Assembly (NCBI GenBank): GCA_938017985.1
Contig: CALIKS010000004.1
Location: 54,692 to 118,691 of the forward strand
Origin: an uncultured archaeon
GTDB taxonomy: Archaea > Thermoproteota > Nitrososphaeria_A > Caldarchaeales > Calditenuaceae
DNA: 64,000 bases
Reading direction: 5' to 3'
The number at the start of each line of letters is the position of its first letter. Positions within the stretch are counted from its first letter, which is position 1. Position numbers and translations under genes: made by a program. The notes beneath the pieces were generated by a model that searched no databases, was not told the origin of the DNA, and saw nothing but the letters and a program-made list of their open reading frames with translations. This document shows positions 48,934-58,216 of the stretch, piece by piece.

Positions 48934-49971
48934 ATGAATGTGTTCGAGCAATACTTTATGGCTGTTGTTGTGCTTCTAATATCGGCTGGTATCGGTTATG
49001 CTGTTCGTCAGATCTTTATCTATCTGTTGAAGAGATGGGCTGAGAAGACCGAGACCAAGATCGACGACATTATAATAAACGCGATTAAGAACCCGATAGT
49101 CCTCTGGTTCTTATTGGGAGGAATTTATGGAGCTCTCAGCATTGTTTCTCTACCAGAAAATATCATGCAATACGTGGAGAAAGGACTACTTGCAATTATT
49201 ATTTTGTCCGTAACCCTGGCCCTCGCCGTCCTCACAGGCAATATTGTGAAGTATTATGGCGTTAGGCTTGGTGCAACGCTTCAAGTCACGGGGCTTGGCC
49301 AATTTCTTGCCAAGGCCGTCATAATATCAATAGGCATAGTAATTCTGCTTGCTGAGCTTGGAATTGAGATTACTCCGCTCATAGCTTCGCTGGGAATAGG
49401 AGCCCTAGCTATAGCGCTTGCTCTTCAAGATACCTTATCTAACATATTTGCCGGTTTCTATATTTTGGCGGATAGGCCCATAAAGGTTGGAGACTACATA
49501 ACGGTTGAGGGAGCTGGAGAAGGATACGTAATAGACATTGGATGGAGGTCAACTAAGATCCGTACGCTTCCAAACAACGTGATAATAATTCCGAACAAGA
49601 AGCTGGCAGAGTCTGTCATAACTAACTATTATCTGCCAGATAAGCCCATGTCGGTACCTATAACCATAGGAGTTAGCTATAATGAAGATCCCGAGAGGAT
49701 AGAAAAAATACTACAAGAGGAGGCATCAAGAGCAGCTGAAGAGATTCCAGGTATTTTGAAAGACTGGGCACCAATCGTCAGATTTCTGCCTGGACCCGGA
49801 GAATATTCTCTAAACTTTACGGTCATATTTAGAGCTCGAGAATACACTGATCAATTCTTGATCAGACATGAGTTTTATAAGAGGATAATTAAAAGATTCA
49901 GGGAAGAAAGAATTGAGATTCCATATCCAGTACGCACTGTGTATCTCAAAGGAGAGGGCGACGAAAAATAG
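48934..49971 (+). CDS. mechanosensitive ion channel, MscS family
   Basis: N-terminal TM helices, conserved LALQDTLSNIFAGFYIL pore-lining TM3, and a C-terminal beta domain. Confidence 0.85.
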   Translation: MNVFEQYFMAVVVLLISAGIGYAVRQIFIYLLKRWAEKTETKIDDIIINAIKNPIVLWFLLGGIYGALSIVSLPENIMQYVEKGLLAIIILSVTLALAVLTGNIVKYYGVRLGATLQVTGLGQFLAKAVIISIGIVILLAELGIEITPLIASLGIGALAIALALQDTLSNIFAGFYILADRPIKVGDYITVEGAGEGYVIDIGWRSTKIRTLPNNVIIIPNKKLAESVITNYYLPDKPMSVPITIGVSYNEDPERIEKILQEEASRAAEEIPGILKDWAPIVRFLPGPGEYSLNFTVIFRAREYTDQFLIRHEFYKRIIKRFREERIEIPYPVRTVYLKGEGDEK

Positions 49972-49974
49972 CTT

Positions 49975-50313
49975 CTAGTCTCTAGACGTCGAGTCCATTA
50001 CCCACTCAATGTATGACTTATTGACATCGCTTATACTTACTTCTATGAATTCTGGGACTCGATAAGGATGCTCTTTTAACACTGTCTCCTTAAGCATATT
50101 TGCTTTTTCTTTCGTCGTCTTAAATATCAGTAGAACCTCGTCTGACTCTTCTATTTTGCCCTCCCATCTGTAAATTGACCTCACCTTCACGATATTTACG
50201 CACGCGGCTAACCTCCGCTCAATTATGTTTTTACACCATTCAGAATAATTAGAATCAGATGGAAAGGTTACAAAAACCAATGATAACTCATTTTGATACG
50301 AGTTTTTACTCAT
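49975..50313 (-). CDS. cutA: divalent-cation tolerance protein CutA
   Basis: 112 aa with LAACVNI...SIYRWEGKIEE...HPYRVPEFI motifs. Confidence 0.85.
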   Translation of the reverse strand: MSKNSYQNELSLVFVTFPSDSNYSEWCKNIIERRLAACVNIVKVRSIYRWEGKIEESDEVLLIFKTTKEKANMLKETVLKEHPYRVPEFIEVSISDVNKSYIEWVMDSTSRD

Positions 50314-50316
50314 CGT

Positions 50317-50964
50317 CTACGTCGCCTCCATCCATACTCTTTCAAACTCAGACCGATAAAGTAATGCTATTTCTCTACTCTGAATCACTATTAGGTTTTC
50401 ATCATTTTTATCCTCTGCCGCGACTGACCAGTTATAACTACCAGTAATGACGGTTTTGTCATCGATCACAACGAATTTATGATGCATCAGGTCAGGGTTT
50501 CCATCAATCCTGACTTCTACTCCCGCCTCTGCTAATCGCTGGTATTCAGAGCCTCTGATGTTTGCTTGCTGCCCCTCCATGACGACCTTTACTTCTACTC
50601 CCCGTGACTTAAGCTCTATTAAGACATCGGCTAACAAATCATTCGTGAATGAGTAGACCGCTACGTAGGCATATCTCTGCGCTCCTCTTAGTATATTTGC
50701 TATTAAGGCATCGCATTTCTGCGGCTTGGAGAAGCAAACTTCCGATATAGTTCCATCTACTCCTCTCTCTATTGTAGTGGTTTTATAGACCGTGGTCAGG
50801 AATGTTTGATAATTAGTAGTCGTCTTAATAATTGTATGAGCAATGCTGGTGGTCTTTATCTCAGTGATGATGGTTGGAGCCATCACCATTGTCGAGGATA
50901 AATAACCAAAGATTAGCCCGGCAATAAATACAAATATTATTATTAATGCAGTAGTTGACTTCAT
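50317..50964 (-). CDS. phospholipase D-like (single HKD, Nuc-like) protein with N-terminal membrane anchor
   Basis: HHKFVVIDDKTVITGSYNWS is an HxKx4Dx6GSxN motif. N-terminal TM helix and a Thr-rich linker. Confidence 0.75.
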   Translation of the reverse strand: MKSTTALIIIFVFIAGLIFGYLSSTMVMAPTIITEIKTTSIAHTIIKTTTNYQTFLTTVYKTTTIERGVDGTISEVCFSKPQKCDALIANILRGAQRYAYVAVYSFTNDLLADVLIELKSRGVEVKVVMEGQQANIRGSEYQRLAEAGVEVRIDGNPDLMHHKFVVIDDKTVITGSYNWSVAAEDKNDENLIVIQSREIALLYRSEFERVWMEAT

Positions 50965-50997
50965 AAGATAAAGATTATTCTGCGAGATTTTTATAAC

Positions 50998-51723
50998 TTA
51001 TGGTAGCGTGATTATGGATTTTACTTGACACGTCATTCCAAGCGTTTCTCTGAGTTTTTCAGCCATTCCTTCAATCATTGCTATCGAGAATACGCCTACG
51101 ATGTTTCCACCGGCTCTCTCGGTGAGTTTTGCGAGAGTAATCGCCGTCTTACCGCTCCTTATCAGGTCATCTACTATGAGTACGTTTTCTCCTCTTCTAA
51201 TTGCTCTTCTCGGGATGTATAAATATTCAATGACTGGCGGCGTCCTTATTATTTTCTCCTCTATATAGTCTCTTATGCTTAGGTCCCTCCGCTGCTTTGC
51301 TATTATGAGCTCAACATCGAATTCGTTTGCCACCTCCACTGCTACGGGTATTCCGTCCGCGGCAACAGTAAGTAACTTATTTACAGGCACGTAGCTAAAC
51401 TCATTGAAAGCGATTTTTCCAATCAGTTTCTGTAGCCTAATGTCTTTTATGACCTCGTAGAGGTCATAGAATCCCTCTTCTGTCCGTGTGATCTTGCTTC
51501 TTATTATTTCTGACAGTAATTTCTCGCTGAATAGTGAGATTATTTTTTCTGACCTGCTTCTATTAGGCAGTACTCTACCCTTCACGTATCTGCTTAGGAC
51601 AGAGGGGGGGAGGTTAAGCATCTCGGAAAGTGTTCGGTAATCGTATTTCTTTTTAAGAAGTCCTAAAAGCTCTATAGCAATTAGTCTAAGCTTAAGCTCA
51701 TCTATTCGGGATTTACTGTCCAA
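50998..51723 (-). CDS. HTH plus phosphoribosyltransferase-domain regulator (GfcR-like)
   Basis: N-terminal HTH YRTLSEMLNLPPSVLSRYVKG and an intact PRTase motif VLIVDDLIRSGKT. Confidence 0.65.
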   Translation of the reverse strand: MDSKSRIDELKLRLIAIELLGLLKKKYDYRTLSEMLNLPPSVLSRYVKGRVLPNRSRSEKIISLFSEKLLSEIIRSKITRTEEGFYDLYEVIKDIRLQKLIGKIAFNEFSYVPVNKLLTVAADGIPVAVEVANEFDVELIIAKQRRDLSIRDYIEEKIIRTPPVIEYLYIPRRAIRRGENVLIVDDLIRSGKTAITLAKLTERAGGNIVGVFSIAMIEGMAEKLRETLGMTCQVKSIITLP

Positions 51724-51873
51724 CTCGTATACACCGCTTTGATAACTATCATTACTTGGCCTCTGAGAAATTTATACGTTTAATGCAAATTATTTAGTTT
51801 ATATCTTAGATAGACTACGTCACTATATAAAAGACCTAGCTAAATAAGCAAGGGCTGCATATGGTGCAGAGAA

Positions 51874-52689
51874 TTGGACCAGCTCCTCCTTACTATCGGG
51901 CTGACTGGGCTCGGAGTAGTGGTCGGATTAGCCGGGACTCTGGTCGGAATAGGCGGTGGCTTCATAGTCGTGCCGATACTATTAACCGTATTTCACTTCG
52001 AGCCCGGAATGGCTGCTGGCACAAGCATGATGTTCATCTTTTTTAATTCTCTTTCCGGGTCTATTGCTTATTTGAGGCAGAAGAGAGTCGATCTGCTTGT
52101 AGGGACGTTTCTTGCGCTTCCCACGATTCCCGGAACCATTATAGGCGGGCTCGCAGTCGGGCTGTTCGACATCTCAAACTTTAGGCTGGCCTTTGCTTTT
52201 CTCCTCCTTGGCACCTCTCTATACATGTTTTTCAGGCCCATTCATCTCGAGAGTACTATGCGCATTAGAAAATGGAGTACTGAGAGAAGACTGATAGATA
52301 ATTCAGGCCGAGAATATTCCTACAGAATTAGCCTGCCACTAGGAGCCGTGATAAGTTTCTTTGTCGGAATCTTAGCAAATCTATTCGGCGTAGGTGGGGG
52401 AATAATTCATGTGCCAACAATGATTCTGCTCTTCGGCGTGCCAACTCATATAGCAACGGCGACATCTCACTTCATACTAGTTATAACATCCCTATCTGGA
52501 TTGAACGTGCATTTACAGTTAGGTCACATTGATTTATCGACTGCTATTCCTCTCGGGCTTGGCGCCGTCGCTGGCGCCCAGTTAGGAGCTAGACTATCGC
52601 AGAGATTGAGAAGTAAGACTCTCGAGCGTATTTTCGCGGTCTTCCTAATAGCCCTAGTAGTGAGGCTAATTCTACAAAATGTTATATAG
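51874..52689 (+). CDS. TauE/SafE-family (DUF81) anion exporter
   Basis: 271 aa with internal duplication and 7-8 TM helices with Gly-rich motifs. Confidence 0.75.
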   Translation: MDQLLLTIGLTGLGVVVGLAGTLVGIGGGFIVVPILLTVFHFEPGMAAGTSMMFIFFNSLSGSIAYLRQKRVDLLVGTFLALPTIPGTIIGGLAVGLFDISNFRLAFAFLLLGTSLYMFFRPIHLESTMRIRKWSTERRLIDNSGREYSYRISLPLGAVISFFVGILANLFGVGGGIIHVPTMILLFGVPTHIATATSHFILVITSLSGLNVHLQLGHIDLSTAIPLGLGAVAGAQLGARLSQRLRSKTLERIFAVFLIALVVRLILQNVI

Positions 52690-52743
52690 TTCTAAACTTT
52701 GAAGAAAGCAAGACTCGCCTGCCATAAAGATGGTGTAGACATC

Positions 52744-53691
52744 ATGGCTGAGATTATCTGTATAGGAGAACCGATAGTACAGTTCAATGCAGTGACGCTT
52801 GGCCCGCTTAGAAATGTAAGTCTATTTGAGAAGCACGTCGGGGGACCTGAGACGACAGTGGCGGCATGCGTCAGAAGGCTCGACCACACGTCAGGTATCA
52901 TTGGAAGAGTAGGAGACGATGAGCTCGGACACTACATCATAAGCTGGCTTAGGGGAATCGAAGTCGATACTTCTTTTCTAAAAATAGACTCCTCTGGGCA
53001 AACTGCAATCTGCATAGTTCAGCGAGGATACCCAATACCTGGGAGGAGTAGAGTCTACTATTACAGAAAGGACTCAGCTGGAAGTAGACTATCCCCCGAT
53101 GACGTTGAGAAGGACTATCTGTCAGGAGCCAGAGTTTTACATCTCACTGGAATAACGCCTGCGATCAGTCAGTCGGCAATGGATGCCTGTCTGAAAGCAG
53201 TAGTGACCGCCAGCGAGAACGACGTAATGGTCTCGCTTGATACGCAAATCAGGCCGCAGCTCTGGAAATCAATAGATGATGCAGCATCAACGATCATGAA
53301 GTTCGTCGAGTTTGCAAACATACTCTTCACGGATTTAGGAGACGCTGAGATATTAGTAGGCGAGAATAATCCTGAAAGAATATTCCAAATCTTCAGGAGT
53401 ATTGGGGTAGATGTTATTGTACTGAGACTCGGTGAGAGGGGCGCAATGGCGGCTAGAGGCTCAGAGATAGCCGAGGCTGAGCCTTTGCCAATAACTGTTG
53501 AGGACCCTCTAGGAGCGGGCGACGCGTTAGTAGGCACATTTCTAACATGTCTTGTAGAGGGTAGGAGTCTATTCGAGGCTCTTAGAAAATCTATGATTTC
53601 CTGGTCACTAGTAGCGACTGTTAGGGGTGAGCAAGAGATTCTGCCTACTAGTAGGGACCTTGAGGGTGCATTCCGAGCGCTTTACCCTTGA
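52744..53691 (+). CDS. PfkB-family sugar kinase (2-keto-3-deoxygluconate kinase-like)
   Basis: GEPIVQF...GG N-terminus and a DPLGAGDALVG catalytic motif. The track ORF starts at 52699; the likely start is MAEIICIG at 52744. Confidence 0.8.
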   Translation: MAEIICIGEPIVQFNAVTLGPLRNVSLFEKHVGGPETTVAACVRRLDHTSGIIGRVGDDELGHYIISWLRGIEVDTSFLKIDSSGQTAICIVQRGYPIPGRSRVYYYRKDSAGSRLSPDDVEKDYLSGARVLHLTGITPAISQSAMDACLKAVVTASENDVMVSLDTQIRPQLWKSIDDAASTIMKFVEFANILFTDLGDAEILVGENNPERIFQIFRSIGVDVIVLRLGERGAMAARGSEIAEAEPLPITVEDPLGAGDALVGTFLTCLVEGRSLFEALRKSMISWSLVATVRGEQEILPTSRDLEGAFRALYP

Positions 53692-54499
53692 CTAGCAATA
53701 AGTAAAGAGCTATTGATACTAATATCCACGATGCAAATGCTAGTGGTCCTAGTCCTGCAACTTCTCTCGGCAGCTCTGTGGTAATTATTGTTAAGCCCCA
53801 TACAGCGTTAATAGAGCCGTGAAGAGAAGCAGCAGGCAAAACGCTCGATGAGATTAGCCTCACGAAGATGTGTGGCAGAGTGGATGAGACTGTAAATACG
53901 ACGAAGAGAAAGACTCCGGCAATTCTATTATCAGGATAGTTATGTCCAAGTAGGACTATTGCTGATGCATGCCATAGTCCCCATAAAGCACCTACTATTA
54001 TTGACGACTTAATTAAACTCATTCCTGTTGATTGAACCTTATCTAGTAGGAACCCCCTCCAACCAATCTCTTCTCCTAACGCAAAGATTGCATTAAGAGT
54101 CAGCGACACGATATACCCGTTGAAAAAAGTAAGAACCAAGAAGAGTGAGAAATCAATCGATGAACTTGATAAGAGACTTTCAAGTTGATGCGGTGTAAAC
54201 ACACCAGCAATAATAATCATTGCTAGATAGATTAATAGTGATATGAAGGTTATGAAGGGAGCAGCGAGAAATACTAAGACTACTCGTCTATCTATTTTTA
54301 GACATTTTTTAAGATAGCCCCATCCACCGACAATCAAGACAGCTATGGTAGGTGTGTACATTCTTACAAACCCCCAGATAAGACTGCTTGTAATGGTGCT
54401 CATGCCGCCGGTAAGGTAAGCAGTATAGTCAACAATCAAAGCAGACAGGATTGCTATTGATGAAAAAAGAATTATGTCTCTTATGTCCTTATTTATCAA
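53648..54499 (-). CDS. CPBP-family intramembrane metalloprotease (CAAX protease/Abi)
   Basis: GEEIGWRGF (EExxxR), LWGLWHAS (FxxxH) and HGSINAVWG (HxxxN) motifs. Confidence 0.75.
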   Translation of the reverse strand: MINKDIRDIILFSSIAILSALIVDYTAYLTGGMSTITSSLIWGFVRMYTPTIAVLIVGGWGYLKKCLKIDRRVVLVFLAAPFITFISLLIYLAMIIIAGVFTPHQLESLLSSSSIDFSLFLVLTFFNGYIVSLTLNAIFALGEEIGWRGFLLDKVQSTGMSLIKSSIIVGALWGLWHASAIVLLGHNYPDNRIAGVFLFVVFTVSSTLPHIFVRLISSSVLPAASLHGSINAVWGLTIITTELPREVAGLGPLAFASWILVSIALYLLLVKGKALGMHPQGPY

Positions 54500-54589
54500 G
54501 ATCTATTCAAAAATACGTATCTTAGCGCTTATTAAAGCATTATCTGTGAGCGTTCAGCATAAAAATAAGCATGATGAATTTTTAGTTGA

Positions 54590-55999
54590 ATGTCTATCGT
54601 TGAGGATGTCCTTAACAAGGTGGTTGAGCTGATAGAGCCGAGCGAGGATGAGCGGAAAAAGCTTAACGAAACAGCGTCACTACTTCTCTCACTCTGCGAG
54701 AGAAGGTTCAGCGCGATTCATGGATATGTCTCCACATCAATTGAGGGCTCAGCTGCTAAGGATACATGGCTGAGAAGCAAGCCAGAGATAGACATATTCA
54801 TTCATTTCCAGCCAATAGTTAGTCGAGAAGTACTCGAGAAAATAGTTGTCGAGCTAGGCTCAGAGGTGATTAGAGATGCGGGAGGCAATAGTAGGCTCAG
54901 ATATGCCGAGCATCCATACGTCGAGGGCTTCATTAACAATATAACTGTAAACATTGTTGGATGCTACGAGGTGTCTGATGGGAACTGGATAAGTGCAGTT
55001 GACAGGACTCCCCATCATACTCGATACGTAAACTCTAGGCTCACGCCAAGCTTAAGGAGAGACGTCAGGCTTCTTAAGAGCTTCTTGACTCAGACCGAGA
55101 TATATGGCGCTGAGATAAGAGTCGGAGGCTTCAGCGGATATCTAGCAGAATTATTAATACTTCATTTCGGGGGATTTTTGGAGCTTTTAAAATCAGCTTC
55201 TAGATGGAAGCCCCCAGTAGTGATTGATCCGGAGAGAAGAGTTACTAAGAGGGAGGCGCTCTTAATATTCGCTAAGTCTCCACTTATAGTAATTGACCCC
55301 GTCGATAAGAACAGAAACGTTGCTTCAGCAGTCACGCTAACCAAGCTTTCCGAATTTATACTTGCATCAAAATTCTTCCTCGAGCGGCCGTCAGTTGATT
55401 TCTTCTTGGGAAACGCTATGCTGGAATCTATGCCTATAAACTCCTTGGCAGAGAATAGAAATCTTTTTGCAATTATTTTTAAGATTGATGAGTACATAGC
55501 TCCAGATGTTCTTTGGGGAGAACTCCGTCGCTCAGCGGAGGGAATAAAAAAGAAACTAAGTGTTGCGGGCTTTACCGTCTATAACTATGGGATAAATGAG
55601 AGTAGAGGAGAAGTGATATTGATATTTGAGCTTGACAAGCTTTGTCTTCCTTCAGTCTATCTGCATAGAGGACCGCCTGTCTGGATGGATGATGCAGCAA
55701 AATTCGTTAAGAAACATCTCTTAAGCTCAGATACTATTGCAGGTCCTTGGATAGATGGTGATAGACTATATGTCCTTAAGAAGAGGAAGGATATTTCTGT
55801 AGACGTACTCCTTAGAAATTGGTTAGCTAAGGGAGAAGTCTCAATTTCCAGACAACTGTACAAATTATTCAGTTCTTCGAAGATAGTAGTTGGATGGAGA
55901 GAAGTCATAAGACTCCTAGGGACTGGGGAACACTCCTCATTCCTAGCACGCTTCTTGGCCTCTAGGCCTCTATACATGATGGGTAAGACTGAATTTTGA
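54590..55999 (+). CDS. cca: CCA-adding tRNA nucleotidyltransferase (archaeal class I)
   Basis: EGSAAKDTWL...DIDIF nucleotidyltransferase motif and the archaeal CCA body/tail domains. 469 aa. Confidence 0.85.
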   Translation: MSIVEDVLNKVVELIEPSEDERKKLNETASLLLSLCERRFSAIHGYVSTSIEGSAAKDTWLRSKPEIDIFIHFQPIVSREVLEKIVVELGSEVIRDAGGNSRLRYAEHPYVEGFINNITVNIVGCYEVSDGNWISAVDRTPHHTRYVNSRLTPSLRRDVRLLKSFLTQTEIYGAEIRVGGFSGYLAELLILHFGGFLELLKSASRWKPPVVIDPERRVTKREALLIFAKSPLIVIDPVDKNRNVASAVTLTKLSEFILASKFFLERPSVDFFLGNAMLESMPINSLAENRNLFAIIFKIDEYIAPDVLWGELRRSAEGIKKKLSVAGFTVYNYGINESRGEVILIFELDKLCLPSVYLHRGPPVWMDDAAKFVKKHLLSSDTIAGPWIDGDRLYVLKKRKDISVDVLLRNWLAKGEVSISRQLYKLFSSSKIVVGWREVIRLLGTGEHSSFLARFLASRPLYMMGKTEF

Positions 56000-56766
56000 C
56001 GCGTATACAGATAAACCCGGAATACTTAATTCTCATAAATATTGACGAGTTAGAGTTTGATGAGTCAATGCTTCTGCAACTATCTTACCCTAAGCCGAAT
56101 AATGAATATGCACGCTTAGTGTGCGACTCTCTAAGACAGCTTGGTGTTGAAGGTGTATACATAGACAAGTCGAGTAAATTAATGATTGTGGGTAAAGGCT
56201 TCCGTAACATCGTGGTAGCGTGCAGACATCGCGGAGAATTCGCATGTGCCAAGATTAGAAGGATTGACTACGTCGTTAAAGATACTAGTAGAGAGGCAAG
56301 CATGCTTAGATTGGCCAACAGTGTCAAAGTGGGTCCAAGACTGATTGGTCATCACGGGCCAGTACTATTGATGGAGCTTGTTGAAGGTGAGGACCTAACG
56401 TCCTGGCTCCTGAGTCTGAGTAAAAAAGAATTTAGTTATGCGCGTGAGATAGTGTCTGAGCTCCTCAAGCAGTGTCATAGACTTGACATGGCGGGAATAA
56501 ATCACGACGAACTGAGCGATGCAAGTAAGCACGTCCTAAAAACTAGAAGCGGAGTAGTTATTCTTGATTTCGGCTCTGCCAACATTACTTCAAAGCCATC
56601 AAACTTAACTTCAATAATTAATTATTTATTCCATGGTCCTGCTCGCCGGGTCTCTACGGAAATCATAGGAATAAGAGAGCCGCCAGCCGAGGTTTTAAGG
56701 AATTACAAATCAAACCTCTCAAGCGACAGTTTCGAAAATATTTATCGTATTATTTTTAATGTGTAA
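55996..56766 (+). CDS. atypical protein-kinase-like protein (RIO/Bud32-like fold)
   Basis: Gly-rich loop VGKGFRNIVV, ACAKIRR (VAIK-like Lys), a catalytic loop INHDELSD and DFG (ILDFGSA). The catalytic-loop Asn is not evident. The start overlaps the cca stop (ATGA). Confidence 0.5.
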   Translation: MTRIQINPEYLILINIDELEFDESMLLQLSYPKPNNEYARLVCDSLRQLGVEGVYIDKSSKLMIVGKGFRNIVVACRHRGEFACAKIRRIDYVVKDTSREASMLRLANSVKVGPRLIGHHGPVLLMELVEGEDLTSWLLSLSKKEFSYAREIVSELLKQCHRLDMAGINHDELSDASKHVLKTRSGVVILDFGSANITSKPSNLTSIINYLFHGPARRVSTEIIGIREPPAEVLRNYKSNLSSDSFENIYRIIFNV

Positions 56767-56802
56767 GGTTTTTTAATATAGCAGTGTTATATTAAACCAG
56801 CA

Positions 56803-57750
56803 ATGAAGAGACCCGCACAAGGTATTAAGAAGAGGAGATTCCTACTAAGGAATCAAATGAGATACAATGTTTTGTCAGCAATTGGGAATACTCCGCTCAT
56901 AGACATCACAGAGGTTTTAGGAGCGCCAAAAGGTGTAAGAATTTTCGGCAAGGCTGAATACATGAATCCAGGCGGCTCAGTTAAGGATAGGCCCGCGTAC
57001 TACATAGTTACTGATGCGCTTAGGAAGGGACTACTGGAAGCAGGTAAAAAGATACTTGACGCTACTTCAGGAAACATGGGGATTGGACTAGCACTCGTCG
57101 CGGCCGCCTACGGAATACCATGCAGACTAGTCGTTCCAGGCAACATAAGCATGGAAAAACAAAAAACACTCAAGCTTCTAGGAGCAGAGCTCACGATAAG
57201 CAACCCGCTCGAGGGCATAGACGGCGCGATTAAGAAGGCACGAGAAATATATCAAGAAAATCCTGAACAATACTTCTATGCAAATCAATATGACAATCCA
57301 GCAAACATTAGGGCTCATTATGAGACGACTGGTCCTGAGATAATTGCCCAGACAGGGGGCAAGATAACGCACTTCATTGCAGGTGTAGGTACGTCAGGTA
57401 CACTCATGGGTGCTGGTAGAAGGTTAAGGGAAAGTAAACCAAACATAAAACTGATAGAGGTCCAGCCGGATGATCCTCTGCACGGTATAGAGGGCTTGAA
57501 ATACATGGAGAAGGCTATAAGACCAGCAATCTACGACCCGAGTTTCGCTGACGAATTATACAGAATAAAGACAGAGGATGCAATGAATTATTCAAAACTC
57601 TTAGCCAAGGCAGGAGTATTGGCAGGGCTATCATCAGGAGCTAACGTGGCAGCTGCTAAGATGGTTGCAAGCAGCCTGAAGAGAGGAACGATCGTGACTA
57701 TGCTTCCAGATGGTGCGAGTAGATACATTGATTTACTCATTAGTGAATAA
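56803..57750 (+). CDS. cysK: cysteine synthase / O-acetylserine (or O-phosphoserine) sulfhydrylase, fold-type II PLP enzyme
   Basis: SVKDR PLP-lysine motif, GTSGT loop and GNTPLI N-terminus. The likely start is MRYNVLS at 56857. Confidence 0.85.
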   Translation: MKRPAQGIKKRRFLLRNQMRYNVLSAIGNTPLIDITEVLGAPKGVRIFGKAEYMNPGGSVKDRPAYYIVTDALRKGLLEAGKKILDATSGNMGIGLALVAAAYGIPCRLVVPGNISMEKQKTLKLLGAELTISNPLEGIDGAIKKAREIYQENPEQYFYANQYDNPANIRAHYETTGPEIIAQTGGKITHFIAGVGTSGTLMGAGRRLRESKPNIKLIEVQPDDPLHGIEGLKYMEKAIRPAIYDPSFADELYRIKTEDAMNYSKLLAKAGVLAGLSSGANVAAAKMVASSLKRGTIVTMLPDGASRYIDLLISE

Positions 57751-57773
57751 AATCATACAGCTATGATTCGGGG

Positions 57774-58205
57774 ATGTTAGGCTTGGTGATAAGAATTCCA
57801 AGCAAAATAATAAGCGAAATGTCGATGCATGCATTGAAGACTTATCCAGAAGAGGGCTGCGGTCTACTTATCGGCGTCGTAAATTCAGGCATAAAAGAAG
57901 TGATAAAATGCATACCAATGAATAATGTATATACTGGCTCACGGAGAAATCGATATTCTATAGACCCTTTAGAATACATGAGGATAGAAGATGAAGCATA
58001 TAAAAATGGGTATATGGTGCTCGGCATCTTCCATAGTCATCCAGATGCGCCTGCTATTCCGAGTAAGTACGACCAAGAATATGCAGCGCCATTATTCATC
58101 TACGTCATCTTATCAATTAGAAATGGAAGAGTAGCAGAAATAGCGGCTTGGAGAGTAGCTGAATCAACTTGGGAATTCGAGCAGGAATCACTCGAGATAG
58201 TTTAA
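57774..58205 (+). CDS. JAMM/MPN+ metalloprotease (Mov34/PAD-1 family)
   Basis: EEGCGLL (Glu) plus HSHPDAPAIPSKYD (HxHx7SxxD), a complete JAMM zinc-binding motif. Lies 24 nt downstream of cysteine synthase on the same strand. Confidence 0.8.
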   Translation: MLGLVIRIPSKIISEMSMHALKTYPEEGCGLLIGVVNSGIKEVIKCIPMNNVYTGSRRNRYSIDPLEYMRIEDEAYKNGYMVLGIFHSHPDAPAIPSKYDQEYAAPLFIYVILSIRNGRVAEIAAWRVAESTWEFEQESLEIV

Positions 58206-58216
58206 CATAGGCGGGT

